The notes: generated by a model from the sequence alone, not told the origin. A DNA stretch of 64,000 bases from an uncultured Lachnoclostridium sp. (GCA_902464595.1 CABQJX010000002.1:4430-68429); one strand, 5' to 3'. Counted from the stretch's first letter, positions 27,994 to 37,526 are shown. Program-made: numbers and translations.

Positions 27994-28707
27994 TTATCCG
28001 ATTCTGTGATCCCTTATATCTTCCTGGAACTGAAAATAGGCCTCCGGTATTCCAATATCAATGAAATATCCGTCATTTACAAATCCTCCCAGCCTTTTTC
28101 CCTCTGACAGCCACCGGGGGATCATGTCGTTTTCCAGAGACACTTTTCCGTCAGGGATCTCCTCCATCAGGGAACGGCTCATCAGATAGATCCCTCCGTT
28201 GATGGTTCCCTCCCTGGCCTCCTCAGACTTTTCATTGAATCCTGCAAGACGGCCTTCCTGATCTAAAACTGCCTGTCCGTACCGTGACACGTCAGGAACC
28301 CGCCTCAGCACCAGGGCCATATCCAGATCCTGGCTCTGCTGCTGCTGCACCAGACGGCGGTAGTCGATCTGATAAAAGGTATCCGCATTGAGAACATAAA
28401 AGAAATCGCCATTTATCTGCTTTCCGGCGTTCTTGATCGCTCCTCCTGTACCAAGAAGAGTCTCCTCCCAGGCATAGACTGCTTCAAATCCAAACTTGCT
28501 TCCGTCTCCAAAATATTCCTCCACCATGGCTCCCTTATATCCAACTGCAAAAACAATACGCTTAACGCCATGGCGGATCAGCTGGCGGATCACATATTCC
28601 ATAAAAGGCTTTCCCTCGATCAGAGCCATGGGCTTAGGACGGTCGCTTACAACGCTGCGAAGCCGTGTTCCCAGGCCTCCTGCCAGTAAAATTGCCTCCA
28701 TTTCCAT
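27994..28707 (-). CDS. hddC: Heptose-1-phosphate guanylyltransferase
   Basis: LLAGGLGTRLRSVVSDRPKPMA, LGTGGAI, NADT and FIDIGIPE; clustered with hddA, gmhA and gmhB. Start is 28707 or 28701. Confidence 0.85.
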   Translation of the reverse strand: MEMEAILLAGGLGTRLRSVVSDRPKPMALIEGKPFMEYVIRQLIRHGVKRIVFAVGYKGAMVEEYFGDGSKFGFEAVYAWEETLLGTGGAIKNAGKQINGDFFYVLNADTFYQIDYRRLVQQQQSQDLDMALVLRRVPDVSRYGQAVLDQEGRLAGFNEKSEEAREGTINGGIYLMSRSLMEEIPDGKVSLENDMIPRWLSEGKRLGGFVNDGYFIDIGIPEAYFQFQEDIRDHRIG

Positions 28708-28726
28708 CTTCTCCTCTCTGTATTTC

Positions 28727-29011
28727 CTTCGCTTTTTCTCTCCTGCGCGGTGCACCTCGAAAATGCTTCGCTTTTTCTCGGTCACGGGCCTTTGGCCCTA
28801 TAGTCCCCCAGGGATCCCTGCGCCAGAAAATGCTCCGCACTTCCCTCCTGCGCGGTGCACCTCGAAAATGCTCCGCACTTTCTCGGTCACGGGCCTTTGG
28901 CCCTATGGTCCCCCAGGGATCCCTGCGCCAGAAAATGCTTCGCACTTCCCTCCTGCGCGGTGCACCTCGAAAATGCTCCGCACTTTCTCGGTCACGGGCC
29001 TTTGGCCCTAT
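28727..29011. repeat. 105-bp palindrome-rich tandem repeat, about 2.7 copies
   Basis: TCCTGCGCGGTGCACCTCGAAAATGCT starts at 28741, 28846 and 28951. Confidence 0.95.
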
Positions 29012-29075
29012 GACAGAATTTCCTTGCCCCCTTGGGAGAAAAATATTTTTCCCCAAGGGGCCAAGTCAATCTGTC
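29012..29075. other. Long imperfect palindrome adjoining the repeat array
   Basis: GACAGA..CTTG.CCCCTTGGG.GAAAAATATTTTTC.CCCAAGGGG.CAAG..TCTGTC. Confidence 0.8.
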
Positions 29076-29088
29076 GCACCGCTCTATG

Positions 29089-32000
29089 CTATCGCGCAAA
29101 GTCGTCTTTGATGACATTCCAGGCGCCGTCCAGGCTATAGTATTCCCGGATGTATTCCTGGGTTCTGCGGCACATCTGAGCCAAACGCTCAGGATCCTGA
29201 TAAAGGGATATGGTCTTAGCGGCAAAGGCGGCTGCCTCATCTTCAATCTCCAGCACAGTCTCGCCTGAGGGAATCCCTTCAGCTCCTGTCGATGTGGTCA
29301 CGATAGGCGCTCCATTGTAAATGGCCTCCACAACCTTTCCCTTGACCCCTGCTCCGTACCGCAGGGGAACCACTACCATACGGCAGGTGCTGTAAAGCTC
29401 TGCCAGCTCCTCCTCTGTGACAAAGCCCTTAACAACAATACCATTTCCCGGCTTTTCTAACGCCTGGATCTCCTCTGTTACCTTGGATCCTACGATATAA
29501 AAGTTCGCCTCAGGAAGCGCTCTGCGGATCAGCGGAAAAATTTCCTCTGCAAACCACAGTACTGCGTCCGCATTGGGCGGATGAGCAAAACCGCCTACAA
29601 ACAGCAGTCCCTCCCTCTTTGCAAAATCTTCTTCTATATGATCAAGGAACTGGTCATATACATAAGCGGTGATGGCCTTTGCCGGAATCGAAGCATCCAT
29701 CTCATGGATAGCGTCGATCTCCACGTAGGACGGATAATACGAAATGTCCGCCTTGTGCATCATGGTCAGCTCCACCGACTTCCAGTAATCCGCCTCACGC
29801 TTAACGGCAAAATCCTTTGTCAGCTTATACTCGCGCCCCAGCCTCAGGAAATGAAGATCATGTCCGTAATAGATCACCTTCATATTGGTATGTTCCCTGA
29901 TAAAATCCACATATTTCGTGGCGATATGGGGCCGGTTGAGATAAGCAAAATCAATCTCATCCCCATTTTTCTTTAACCAGTCCCAAATTCCGGCAGACAT
30001 CGCCTCTCCATAGAGCACCTCAATGCCCATCTGTTCCAAGATTGTAGTGTACGGTTCCTCGTGAAGGAAATTATCTCCCAGGAACTTAACCACATATCCC
30101 TTTTTCAGGAACATTTTCAGATATTGATAAGTGGTCTTAGAGCCCGCATCCTTATCGAAGGTGGGAACATAGTGATCCACCACCAGGATCACCTGTTTTC
30201 CCTGGCTGCGCTCCCTGGCCCGGAATGGGTTGGGATTCCCTGTATTGACGCACTGCTTTTTCAATTCCTCTGCCCATTTTTCCTTTAATTTCCGGCTGTT
30301 TTCCACCTGATACCGCTTTAATCCAGTGCCATTGACGTCCGTTCCGTTGGAAATCCCCTCAAAATGGATCACCTTGGAAAGAGGCTGATATACCACCCGA
30401 TAGCCCGCTTTCCTCACCTCAAAGGCAAGGTCGGAATCCTCACAGTAAGCTGGGGCAAACCGCTCATCAAAGCCCCCGATCTGCTTCCACAGCTTGGTAC
30501 TGAGCAAAATAGCTGCGCCGGAAATATAATCCACATCCTTCACATAATTGTATTCCGGCTTATCCGGATCATCCAACCGGCCATAGTTCCAGCCGGAGCC
30601 ATCGCTCCAGATGATCCCCCCTGCTTCCTGGAGCCGTCCGTCCGGATACACCAGCTTCGAGCCGACCATACCGATCGAAGCATCCGACTGGATCAGGTTC
30701 ACCAGGGAGGAAAGCCACCCTTCCGTCACCTTCGTGTCGTTGTTTAAGAACATGATATATTTTCCCCTGGCTGCCCTTGCCGCCTGGTTGCAGTTGCGCA
30801 GGAAGCCCTGGTTCGTCTGATTGCGGCAGATCACCAGGCCCTCTGTATACTGTCCCAGCTGGGCGGTGGCATCCGTGGATACATCGTCAGCTATAATAAC
30901 CTCATAGGTCACATCCTTTGTAAATTCCAAAATAGACTGGAGGCAGGCATAGGTATAGCCGATCTGATTATAGCAGGGGATCACAATGGACACCATTGGC
31001 CCCTCCTTTGGAACCTGAGGAAAGACAAGCTTCCCATATTTCAGATAATCCTCACCAATGGCAAAGTCTCCCTTGATCCGCCTGCGCCCCTCCTTCGTTG
31101 CATACATTTTTCCATAACGAAGGGGATGCTTTACCGTGCTCACGCAATAATCAAGAGCCTTGCGTTTTCTGGTCCCCTTTGGAAATGCCTTGCTGACCTG
31201 GACTCCCAGCTTCCGTCTGGCCTTGAATACCAGCGCCTCATGGCCGTTTAAGTAAGTAGCCAGCTTGCCCAGCTCATCAATCTCATGGCGCAGATCCTTT
31301 ATCATGATCTCCAGGTTTGCAACGTGATTGTTCGTCAGGCGTTTCAGCTCCTGCTCCTTGCGGATAAACAGATTCCGCTCCTCCACTTCCTCCTGGAGCT
31401 GGTTGATCCGGTCTCTCGCCTTTTCCAGTTCCTTCTTCATGGAACGGATCTGTTCCATATCGGTTACTTCATGGATATAATTTGCCAGATACCCCTGAAG
31501 GGCGTCGCCATGGACATAGGACTGGAATGCCTTTTCCATATTGGCATAAAGCTCTGCGGTATCTCCTTCTATTCCAAATTCCTTTAAAAATCCCTCCAGG
31601 GAGCCGTAACACAAGCTTCCCTCATAGCGGTAATAGAAATAGGCCAATATCCGGTAGCGCACAAAGGAAACTGGAATAGGGAAGTCAAACACCCACTCAT
31701 AATCCAGACAATACAGCTTCTCCTCCCCATTCTCCTCCTGTACCATCAGGTTTTCAAACAGGCCGTCAATATTGCTGATCTCATAGGACATACCGCCCAG
31801 ATCCGGCACGTTCCCAAACACCTGCTCCAATTCCGGTGTTGGGACAAAGGGCTTTAAGGGGATCTCCGGACGGCCGATCACAGCCTCAAGAGCCTTCTCA
31901 AGCTCACAAACCGGCGCTTTTCCATCCCGGATCTGTTCTCCCAGACATTCCGCCAATGTGCGCCCCTTCAAGAATGGGAACGTGATCCGATCTTTTCTTT

Positions 32001-32991
32001 CCCCCATTACCGGCTTTAAAAAACAGATATGGGGGTAACAGCGGCTCAGACTTTCATAATGAGCCCCAAAAGCCTCAAGATGGCTCTTTCCCTCCGGGCT
32101 GAGAGCGGATTTTTCTACCTGGCAGCCTTCCTCTTTTTCCCATATCCTGGTACGGGTCTGAAATTCCTTTCTTCTGGTGCGGTTATACTTTGCAAAACAA
32201 GTGGTTTCGCAGCCCCCATTGGAGGCGATCACCACAAACCCATTGGCAAAGGAGCCAAAGAGCCCTCCGCCCTCCATACCGTCATATACTGCCTCCTCCT
32301 GGAAGCATGCATAGCGGGGGCCCTCCAAAGCTGCCCCTGCTCCTACCTCCCCTCTTGAAGGAAGATAGCGGTCCGAATAGACCGAGGAGGGAAGCTTCTG
32401 ATCCGTAACTGGATAATAAAACTCCACCCGGCTAAATCCCAGGCCCTCACAGAGCTCCTTTGCCTCCTGCCTGGTACAAGAGGCCTCCATATGCTCCCCT
32501 CCTGCCAGGAAACGCAGGCCAAGATCATTTTCACAGGAAAAAATAAGCCTTCCCCCCTGCTTTAAAAAGGCCGCGCCAAAGGACACTGCCTCCTGTATAT
32601 CCCGGCCAGGTTCCAGGGATGAAACGAGAACCAGATCAAACAATTTTCCCTGGTTCTCCACCCCCCGCTCAAAGGAAAAGCCATAGGTAATATTAACATA
32701 GTCCGAATTTCTCTGGCGGTTCACCTCCAGATTTTCGTCAGCCTCATCCATCACCGTCACATGAGCACAGCGTGAGGCAAGAAGGCCCGTCAGAGCGCCG
32801 TAATCGGAACCGATCTGAAGGACTTCCTCCTCCCCGGTGGTATCCAGCCATTCCAGCTGGTTTTTCCGCAGCGGCGACAGGGCGTAGAGAAGAGCCGGGT
32901 TGGAATTTTCCTCCAGGATCCTCTGGATCCCATCGGGGCCGCTTCCATAGGCCTTAAACAGATCTAATATCTCATAACTCATATCCTTCAT
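29089..32991 (-). CDS. Multidomain protein: methyltransferase-like, kinase-like, coiled coil, GT2 and GT4
   Basis: VLQIGSDYGALT (SAM motif I-like); NIDGLFEN...LDYEW (kinase-like); ~70-aa heptad segment; GT2 motifs SIVIPCYNQ, FLNNDT and YCEDSDL; GT4 motifs FVGGFAHPPNADA and PLRYGAGVKGKVVEA. Confidence 0.85.
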   Translation of the reverse strand: MKDMSYEILDLFKAYGSGPDGIQRILEENSNPALLYALSPLRKNQLEWLDTTGEEEVLQIGSDYGALTGLLASRCAHVTVMDEADENLEVNRQRNSDYVNITYGFSFERGVENQGKLFDLVLVSSLEPGRDIQEAVSFGAAFLKQGGRLIFSCENDLGLRFLAGGEHMEASCTRQEAKELCEGLGFSRVEFYYPVTDQKLPSSVYSDRYLPSRGEVGAGAALEGPRYACFQEEAVYDGMEGGGLFGSFANGFVVIASNGGCETTCFAKYNRTRRKEFQTRTRIWEKEEGCQVEKSALSPEGKSHLEAFGAHYESLSRCYPHICFLKPVMGERKDRITFPFLKGRTLAECLGEQIRDGKAPVCELEKALEAVIGRPEIPLKPFVPTPELEQVFGNVPDLGGMSYEISNIDGLFENLMVQEENGEEKLYCLDYEWVFDFPIPVSFVRYRILAYFYYRYEGSLCYGSLEGFLKEFGIEGDTAELYANMEKAFQSYVHGDALQGYLANYIHEVTDMEQIRSMKKELEKARDRINQLQEEVEERNLFIRKEQELKRLTNNHVANLEIMIKDLRHEIDELGKLATYLNGHEALVFKARRKLGVQVSKAFPKGTRKRKALDYCVSTVKHPLRYGKMYATKEGRRRIKGDFAIGEDYLKYGKLVFPQVPKEGPMVSIVIPCYNQIGYTYACLQSILEFTKDVTYEVIIADDVSTDATAQLGQYTEGLVICRNQTNQGFLRNCNQAARAARGKYIMFLNNDTKVTEGWLSSLVNLIQSDASIGMVGSKLVYPDGRLQEAGGIIWSDGSGWNYGRLDDPDKPEYNYVKDVDYISGAAILLSTKLWKQIGGFDERFAPAYCEDSDLAFEVRKAGYRVVYQPLSKVIHFEGISNGTDVNGTGLKRYQVENSRKLKEKWAEELKKQCVNTGNPNPFRARERSQGKQVILVVDHYVPTFDKDAGSKTTYQYLKMFLKKGYVVKFLGDNFLHEEPYTTILEQMGIEVLYGEAMSAGIWDWLKKNGDEIDFAYLNRPHIATKYVDFIREHTNMKVIYYGHDLHFLRLGREYKLTKDFAVKREADYWKSVELTMMHKADISYYPSYVEIDAIHEMDASIPAKAITAYVYDQFLDHIEEDFAKREGLLFVGGFAHPPNADAVLWFAEEIFPLIRRALPEANFYIVGSKVTEEIQALEKPGNGIVVKGFVTEEELAELYSTCRMVVVPLRYGAGVKGKVVEAIYNGAPIVTTSTGAEGIPSGETVLEIEDEAAAFAAKTISLYQDPERLAQMCRRTQEYIREYYSLDGAWNVIKDDFAR

Positions 32992-33018
32992 GGACTGTCT
33001 TTTATCCTCTCTTTCCCT

Positions 33019-34419
33019 TTACGAAGGTATTTTCTGTGTCGTTACCTGAGATTCCATATCGTAAACGCCCACCGTATTTTTATTGGAAATGACTGTAATA
33101 TTGGTCACATTGTAAAGACGGTGATACACTACATGTTCCCCCTGCTCAAAGCCGGTGCAGCTCATGCTCAGAAGATATTCCCCTCCCTGAAGGGTCATTT
33201 TCTGGGTAAACTCCACTACATACTCATCGCCGGACTTCACAGGCTCCACGTCTGCACTCTCAAACATAGTATTGGTCCCTGTAAGCTCCGTTCCCTTCTT
33301 ATCCTTGATCGTATAGGTGAAAATAGGCGCTTCAATGTCTGCATTAAAATGGATCCGCTCCCGGATCGTAAACATCTCCCCTTTTAAGAGAAGATTGGTT
33401 ACATTGCCCTTCTGATCCAAAAGCCCCAGATCCACGATCTCAGCCCGCCCGTCTCCATACTCAGTGCGGTCGCTGTTGATGGTGAGCTGATCCTTCATGA
33501 GACGGCTATCCAAGCCCATTCCGCCGGAAAAATCAGACATTTCTACTGTTTGTCTTCCTTTTTCTGTCCCTTGCACGGTCTTCTCCACGGGTCTGGCTTC
33601 CCTGCTGTTTCCGCTCTGGCGTTCCTGCTCCAGCTCCTCTTTCAGCGCCTCCAGCTGTCCTGCCAGGATCTTTTTATACATATCCACCACCCTGCCAGCC
33701 GGTCCCTCTGCGATAAACTCCCCTTTATTTAAGAGAACCACACGGTCGCAGTATTTGATAATACTTCCCATATCATGGGTCACCATCAGGATAGTCGTTC
33801 CCTTCTGCCGGATCTCCTCCATGCGGCGGTAACATTTGGACTGGAAAAATACATCCCCCACGGAAAGGGCTTCGTCCACGATCAAGATTTCAGGGTCCAC
33901 ATTGATGGCAAGGGCAAAAGCCAGCCGTACAAACATACCGCTGGAATAAGTCTTCACGGGCTGGTATACAAAATCCCCGATTTCCGCAAAATCCAGGATT
34001 TCCTGGAGCTTTGCATCCATCTCCTTTTTGGTATACCCCATCATCGTGCCGTTCATATATATATTTTCAATTCCTGTATAATCCATATTAAATCCGGCTC
34101 CCAGCTCCAAAAGGGCTGAGATCTTGCCGTTCACCTTTACCGCTCCCGTGGTGGGAGTCAAAACCCCTGTGATGATCTTTAATATAGTGGATTTACCGGA
34201 ACCGTTTGTTCCGATGATCCCAACCGTCTCCCCCTTTTTCACCTGAAAGGAAAGGCTATTGAGGGCATAAAAATCACGATGGTAATTTTTATGGGAAATG
34301 CTCATAGATTCCTTCAGACGGTCAATGGGCTTTTCGTAAAGCCGGTATACCTTGGTCACATCAGCAACCTCTATGGCATATTGATTGTCCTGTTCTATCA
34401 CTGACATAATTTTCTCCAT
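33019..34419 (-). CDS. wzt: Polysaccharide ABC exporter ATPase with C-terminal carbohydrate-binding domain
   Basis: GTNGSGKST, YSSGMFVRLAF and DEALSVGD; Wzt_C-like domain (YGDGRAEI...LQGGEYLLS). Confidence 0.93.
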   Translation of the reverse strand: MEKIMSVIEQDNQYAIEVADVTKVYRLYEKPIDRLKESMSISHKNYHRDFYALNSLSFQVKKGETVGIIGTNGSGKSTILKIITGVLTPTTGAVKVNGKISALLELGAGFNMDYTGIENIYMNGTMMGYTKKEMDAKLQEILDFAEIGDFVYQPVKTYSSGMFVRLAFALAINVDPEILIVDEALSVGDVFFQSKCYRRMEEIRQKGTTILMVTHDMGSIIKYCDRVVLLNKGEFIAEGPAGRVVDMYKKILAGQLEALKEELEQERQSGNSREARPVEKTVQGTEKGRQTVEMSDFSGGMGLDSRLMKDQLTINSDRTEYGDGRAEIVDLGLLDQKGNVTNLLLKGEMFTIRERIHFNADIEAPIFTYTIKDKKGTELTGTNTMFESADVEPVKSGDEYVVEFTQKMTLQGGEYLLSMSCTGFEQGEHVVYHRLYNVTNITVISNKNTVGVYDMESQVTTQKIPS

Positions 34420-34613
34420 CTTTTCACGCTTTTGGATCCCCTTTGCCGGTTTTCAAAGGCGTTTTCATGCATACTTCTTTTAAGTATAGCATAGAATGAA
34501 AGATTTTTATACCTCTAATCTTGAGTTTCCGCATTTTTCGCAGCCGTTCAGCCATGGGAAGATTTAGGAAAAGAAACGGCACAAAACAAAAAATGGGAAA
34601 GGGAAAAAATTAC

Positions 34614-34656
34614 CGTGACTTTTATCACATATCTTTCAGCCAAACTGTGGTATTAT
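34614..34656 (+). promoter_or_regulatory. Crp/Fnr-type box plus extended -10 upstream of thioredoxin
   Basis: CGTGA-N6-TCACA (34614-34629) and TGg-TATTAT (34651-34656); no -35 consensus. Confidence 0.6.
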
Positions 34657-34699
34657 AAGAACATAGGAAAGAAAACCACTTACAAAAGGAGGCAGACAT

Positions 34700-35023
34700 A
34701 TGGAGTTAAGACATTTAAATAAAGAAGATTTTGATCAGGCAGTAAATGCAGGCGACGACCTGGTAGTAGTAGATTTTTTTGCAGACTGGTGCACCCCCTG
34801 CCAAATGTTAGGCCCGGTAGTAGCCAAAGCTGCAGAGCAGTATCCAGACGTGCATTTTTATAAGGTAGACACCCAAACCCAGAGGGATCTGGCCCTCCGG
34901 TTCCGTGTTCTCAGCATCCCTACCCTGCTTTATATGAAACGAGGCACTGTCCTTCACCGCTCCACTGGTTATGTGGATGCTGGAGAGCTGGCAGCTGCTG
35001 TAGAGCAGTACAAAAACGCATAG
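34700..35023 (+). CDS. Thioredoxin
   Basis: VDFFADWCTPCQML and SIPTL. Confidence 0.92.
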   Translation: MELRHLNKEDFDQAVNAGDDLVVVDFFADWCTPCQMLGPVVAKAAEQYPDVHFYKVDTQTQRDLALRFRVLSIPTLLYMKRGTVLHRSTGYVDAGELAAAVEQYKNA

Positions 35024-35060
35024 AAGATGTATGGCTGAAATGTTACGAATATCCCTTTAG

Positions 35061-35114
35061 AAAGGCCCAGACAGTCGGCTGCAGCAAGCAGCTCTGTCCG
35101 GGCTTTTCTTTTTT
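35061..35114 (+). terminator. Intrinsic terminator after thioredoxin
   Basis: GGCCCAGACAG..GCTGC / GCAGC.CTGTCCGGGCT stem followed by TTTTCTTTTTT. Confidence 0.7.
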
Positions 35115-35208
35115 CAATATCCGGCTAAGATCCATCGAAATTCTCAATGGGAATACCGCCCCAGGATATGGTAAAATAAGGCTATCATACTTAAGGAGGA
35201 ACTATCTT

Positions 35209-35733
35209 ATGAACATTGGTGTAACCGAAATCAGTCCCAGAAACGTACAGCAGATCGCAGAGAAAAAATTTAAAGATGGCTATTACTGCTGTGAAGCCCT
35301 TGTAAGCGCCATTCGGGATGAATTTCATCTGGATGTTCCAGAGGAAGTGATCGCCATGGCTTCCGGTATGGCAGTAGGAGCCGGAAAATCCGGCTGTGTC
35401 TGCGGCGCTTTCAATGGCGGAATCCTTGCCCTGGGATTATTTTTTGGAAGAACAGAGCAGGACGGGCCTTCCAATCCCAAAAGCGTAAAATGTATGGCTC
35501 TGACAAAGGAGCTTCACGACTGGTTTAAGGAAGCCAACCATAAAAACGCAATCTGCTGCCGGGTACTCACCAAAGAATTTGACAAAGGAAAAGGCGAACA
35601 CAAGGAACAGTGTATTTTCTTTACCGGACTGTGCGCATGGAAGGTGGCACAGATCGTATGCCGGGAACTTGGCATCAAAAATCTGGATGAAATTGATGAA
35701 CCTGCTCCCAGACGCAGTCTGGCTGAAATTTAA
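35209..35733 (+). CDS. C-GCAxxG-C-C family putative redox-active protein
   Basis: YYCCEA, GCVCGAFNGG, ICC and QC. Confidence 0.85.
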   Translation: MNIGVTEISPRNVQQIAEKKFKDGYYCCEALVSAIRDEFHLDVPEEVIAMASGMAVGAGKSGCVCGAFNGGILALGLFFGRTEQDGPSNPKSVKCMALTKELHDWFKEANHKNAICCRVLTKEFDKGKGEHKEQCIFFTGLCAWKVAQIVCRELGIKNLDEIDEPAPRRSLAEI

Positions 35734-35797
35734 AGACTGAGATAAAATCAAAAGACTGACAGGAGGACTTCTGTTCCAACAGAAGGATAAAACAGAT

Positions 35798-36721
35798 ATG
35801 AAACATATGATCAAAAAAGTTCCCCTTCCTATTTGTGGGGTTATGCTGGGCCTGGCAGCCCTTGGCAACCTTCTCCAGAGCTATGGGGAAGGGATCCGTT
35901 ACGCCTGCGGGATTGCAGCCGCATGTTTACTGATCTTATTTTTGCTCAAGCTGGTTCTTTTTCCAAACATGATCCGGGAAGATCTGAACAATCCCATTAT
36001 GGCAAGTGTGGCCGGAACCCTGCCCATGGGCATCATGCTCCTCAGCGCTTATATAAAGCCTTTCATCGGATCCGGGGCCATGTATATCTGGTTTTTTGCC
36101 ATTGGGATGCATCTGGCTCTGATCCTTTATTTCACAGTAACCTTTCTGTTCCGGTTACAGATGCCTAAGGTCTTTGCCAGCTATTACATCGTATATGTAG
36201 GCATCGCCGCAGCTGCTGTAACTGCTCCTGCCTTCGGACAGTTAGCGGTAGGTACAGCGGCATTCTGGTTTGGTTTTGTGACCCTCATTGGACTTCTGAT
36301 CCTGGTGACTGTCCGTTATATCAAATTTCCTCAGGTTCCAGAACCGGCACAGCCTCTGTTCTGTATCTACGCCGCTCCTGCAAGCCTTTGCATTGCCGGG
36401 TATGTACAGTCCGTGACCCCCAAATCCAGAACATTCCTGTTAGTCATGCTGGCCCTGGCAGTAATCCTATATCTGGCTGCTTTCATCAAGGCTGTGGGAT
36501 GTTTAAAATTAAAATTTTACCCAAGCTATGCGGCTTTTACCTTCCCCTTTGTGATCAGCGCCATCGCCTCCAAACAGACCATGGCCTGTCTCGCCAATAT
36601 GGGGCAGCCCCTGCCTATTCTGAAACCCATTGTCCTCATTCAGACCATCATCGCAGCTGCCTTTGTAATCTATACGCTGATCCGGTTTCTGGGATTTATC
36701 TTTGCCCCTGAACAAAAATAG
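35798..36721 (+). CDS. TDT/SLAC1 (tellurite-resistance/dicarboxylate) family channel
   Basis: About 10 TM helices; GLAALGNL, SYYIVYVGI and FYPSYAAFTFP. Confidence 0.8.
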   Translation: MKHMIKKVPLPICGVMLGLAALGNLLQSYGEGIRYACGIAAACLLILFLLKLVLFPNMIREDLNNPIMASVAGTLPMGIMLLSAYIKPFIGSGAMYIWFFAIGMHLALILYFTVTFLFRLQMPKVFASYYIVYVGIAAAAVTAPAFGQLAVGTAAFWFGFVTLIGLLILVTVRYIKFPQVPEPAQPLFCIYAAPASLCIAGYVQSVTPKSRTFLLVMLALAVILYLAAFIKAVGCLKLKFYPSYAAFTFPFVISAIASKQTMACLANMGQPLPILKPIVLIQTIIAAAFVIYTLIRFLGFIFAPEQK

Positions 36722-36848
36722 CTGGCAGGCTGTTGTTTCCCTCTAAAAAACTCAAAGCCCCAGGATGATTGCTTTCTTTCTCAGCCTTTGCTATAGTATT
36801 AGGGTATTAGCGGTTTCTTCTTTGAATCTCTTCCTGGGAGGCAAAATT

Positions 36849-37526
36849 ATGGGAATAAATGTAAAATCCGAGAAATGGAAGCTTTTACACCATTCTCATT
36901 CCAAGAAAGCCCAAAATGACACCGATCATTCGGGCTTTCTTTTGGTTCGTCTTTTTTTGTCCACCCTTTCCCTCAGCGCTTTTACCTTCGGGGGAGGGTA
37001 CGTCATTGTCACTCTCATGAAAAAGAAATTTGTGGATCAATATCACTGGATCGATGAGGAGGAAATGTTGGATCTGGTAGCCATCGCCCAGTCCTCTCCG
37101 GGGGCTATTGCTGTCAACGGAGCCATTGTGGTGGGATATAAGCTTGCAGGGCTTTTGGGGGTCATCACCACCGTCATAGCCACCGTGCTCCCCCCTTTCG
37201 TGATCCTCACTCTGATCTCCTTCTGCTATACCGCTTTCCGCTCCAATCCTATTGTGGGATGGATGCTGGAGGGGATGCAGGCCGGAGTGGGAGCGGTCAT
37301 CGCCCAGGTGGTGTGGGAGATGGCAGCCCCGCTGGCATGGGAAAGGAAGTGGCTTTCCCTTCTCGTTATGGCCGCCGCTTTTGGAGCCAATTGGTTTTTC
37401 CATGTGAGCGCCGTCTTCATCATTCTGGCCTGCGGCCTGTTGGGCGCGGTGTGGACGCTGTGCCAGAAACCGGATAAGCAAAAGCTTTCCGGACAGAAAC
37501 CGGACAGAAAAGGAGGCGGCCAATAA
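36849..37526 (+). CDS. Chromate transporter, short-chain subunit 1
   Basis: FTFGGGY and AQSSPGAIAVN; RBS GGAGG before ATG 36849. Confidence 0.9.
   Translation: MGINVKSEKWKLLHHSHSKKAQNDTDHSGFLLVRLFLSTLSLSAFTFGGGYVIVTLMKKKFVDQYHWIDEEEMLDLVAIAQSSPGAIAVNGAIVVGYKLAGLLGVITTVIATVLPPFVILTLISFCYTAFRSNPIVGWMLEGMQAGVGAVIAQVVWEMAAPLAWERKWLSLLVMAAAFGANWFFHVSAVFIILACGLLGAVWTLCQKPDKQKLSGQKPDRKGGGQ

Noticed and set aside
15788..28707. LPS biosynthesis, implying a Gram-negative host
   Set aside because: No lipid A, Kdo or waa genes are seen; the heptose route is the GDP type and the other genes look Firmicute.
28727..29011. CRISPR array interpretation of the repeat
   Set aside because: The intervening sequences are themselves repeated rather than unique spacers, and no cas genes are present.
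28496..29140. ORFs crossing the 105-bp array (214, 148 and 140 aa) and the N-terminal extension of hddC
   Set aside because: Openness follows from a stop-poor unit with a period divisible by 3. hddC has its own RBS near 28711-28716.
35023..35050. Integron attC or dif site interpretation of the dispersed motif
   Set aside because: It does not fit the GTTRRRY/RYYYAAC pairing or the Firmicute dif consensus, and no integrase is nearby.
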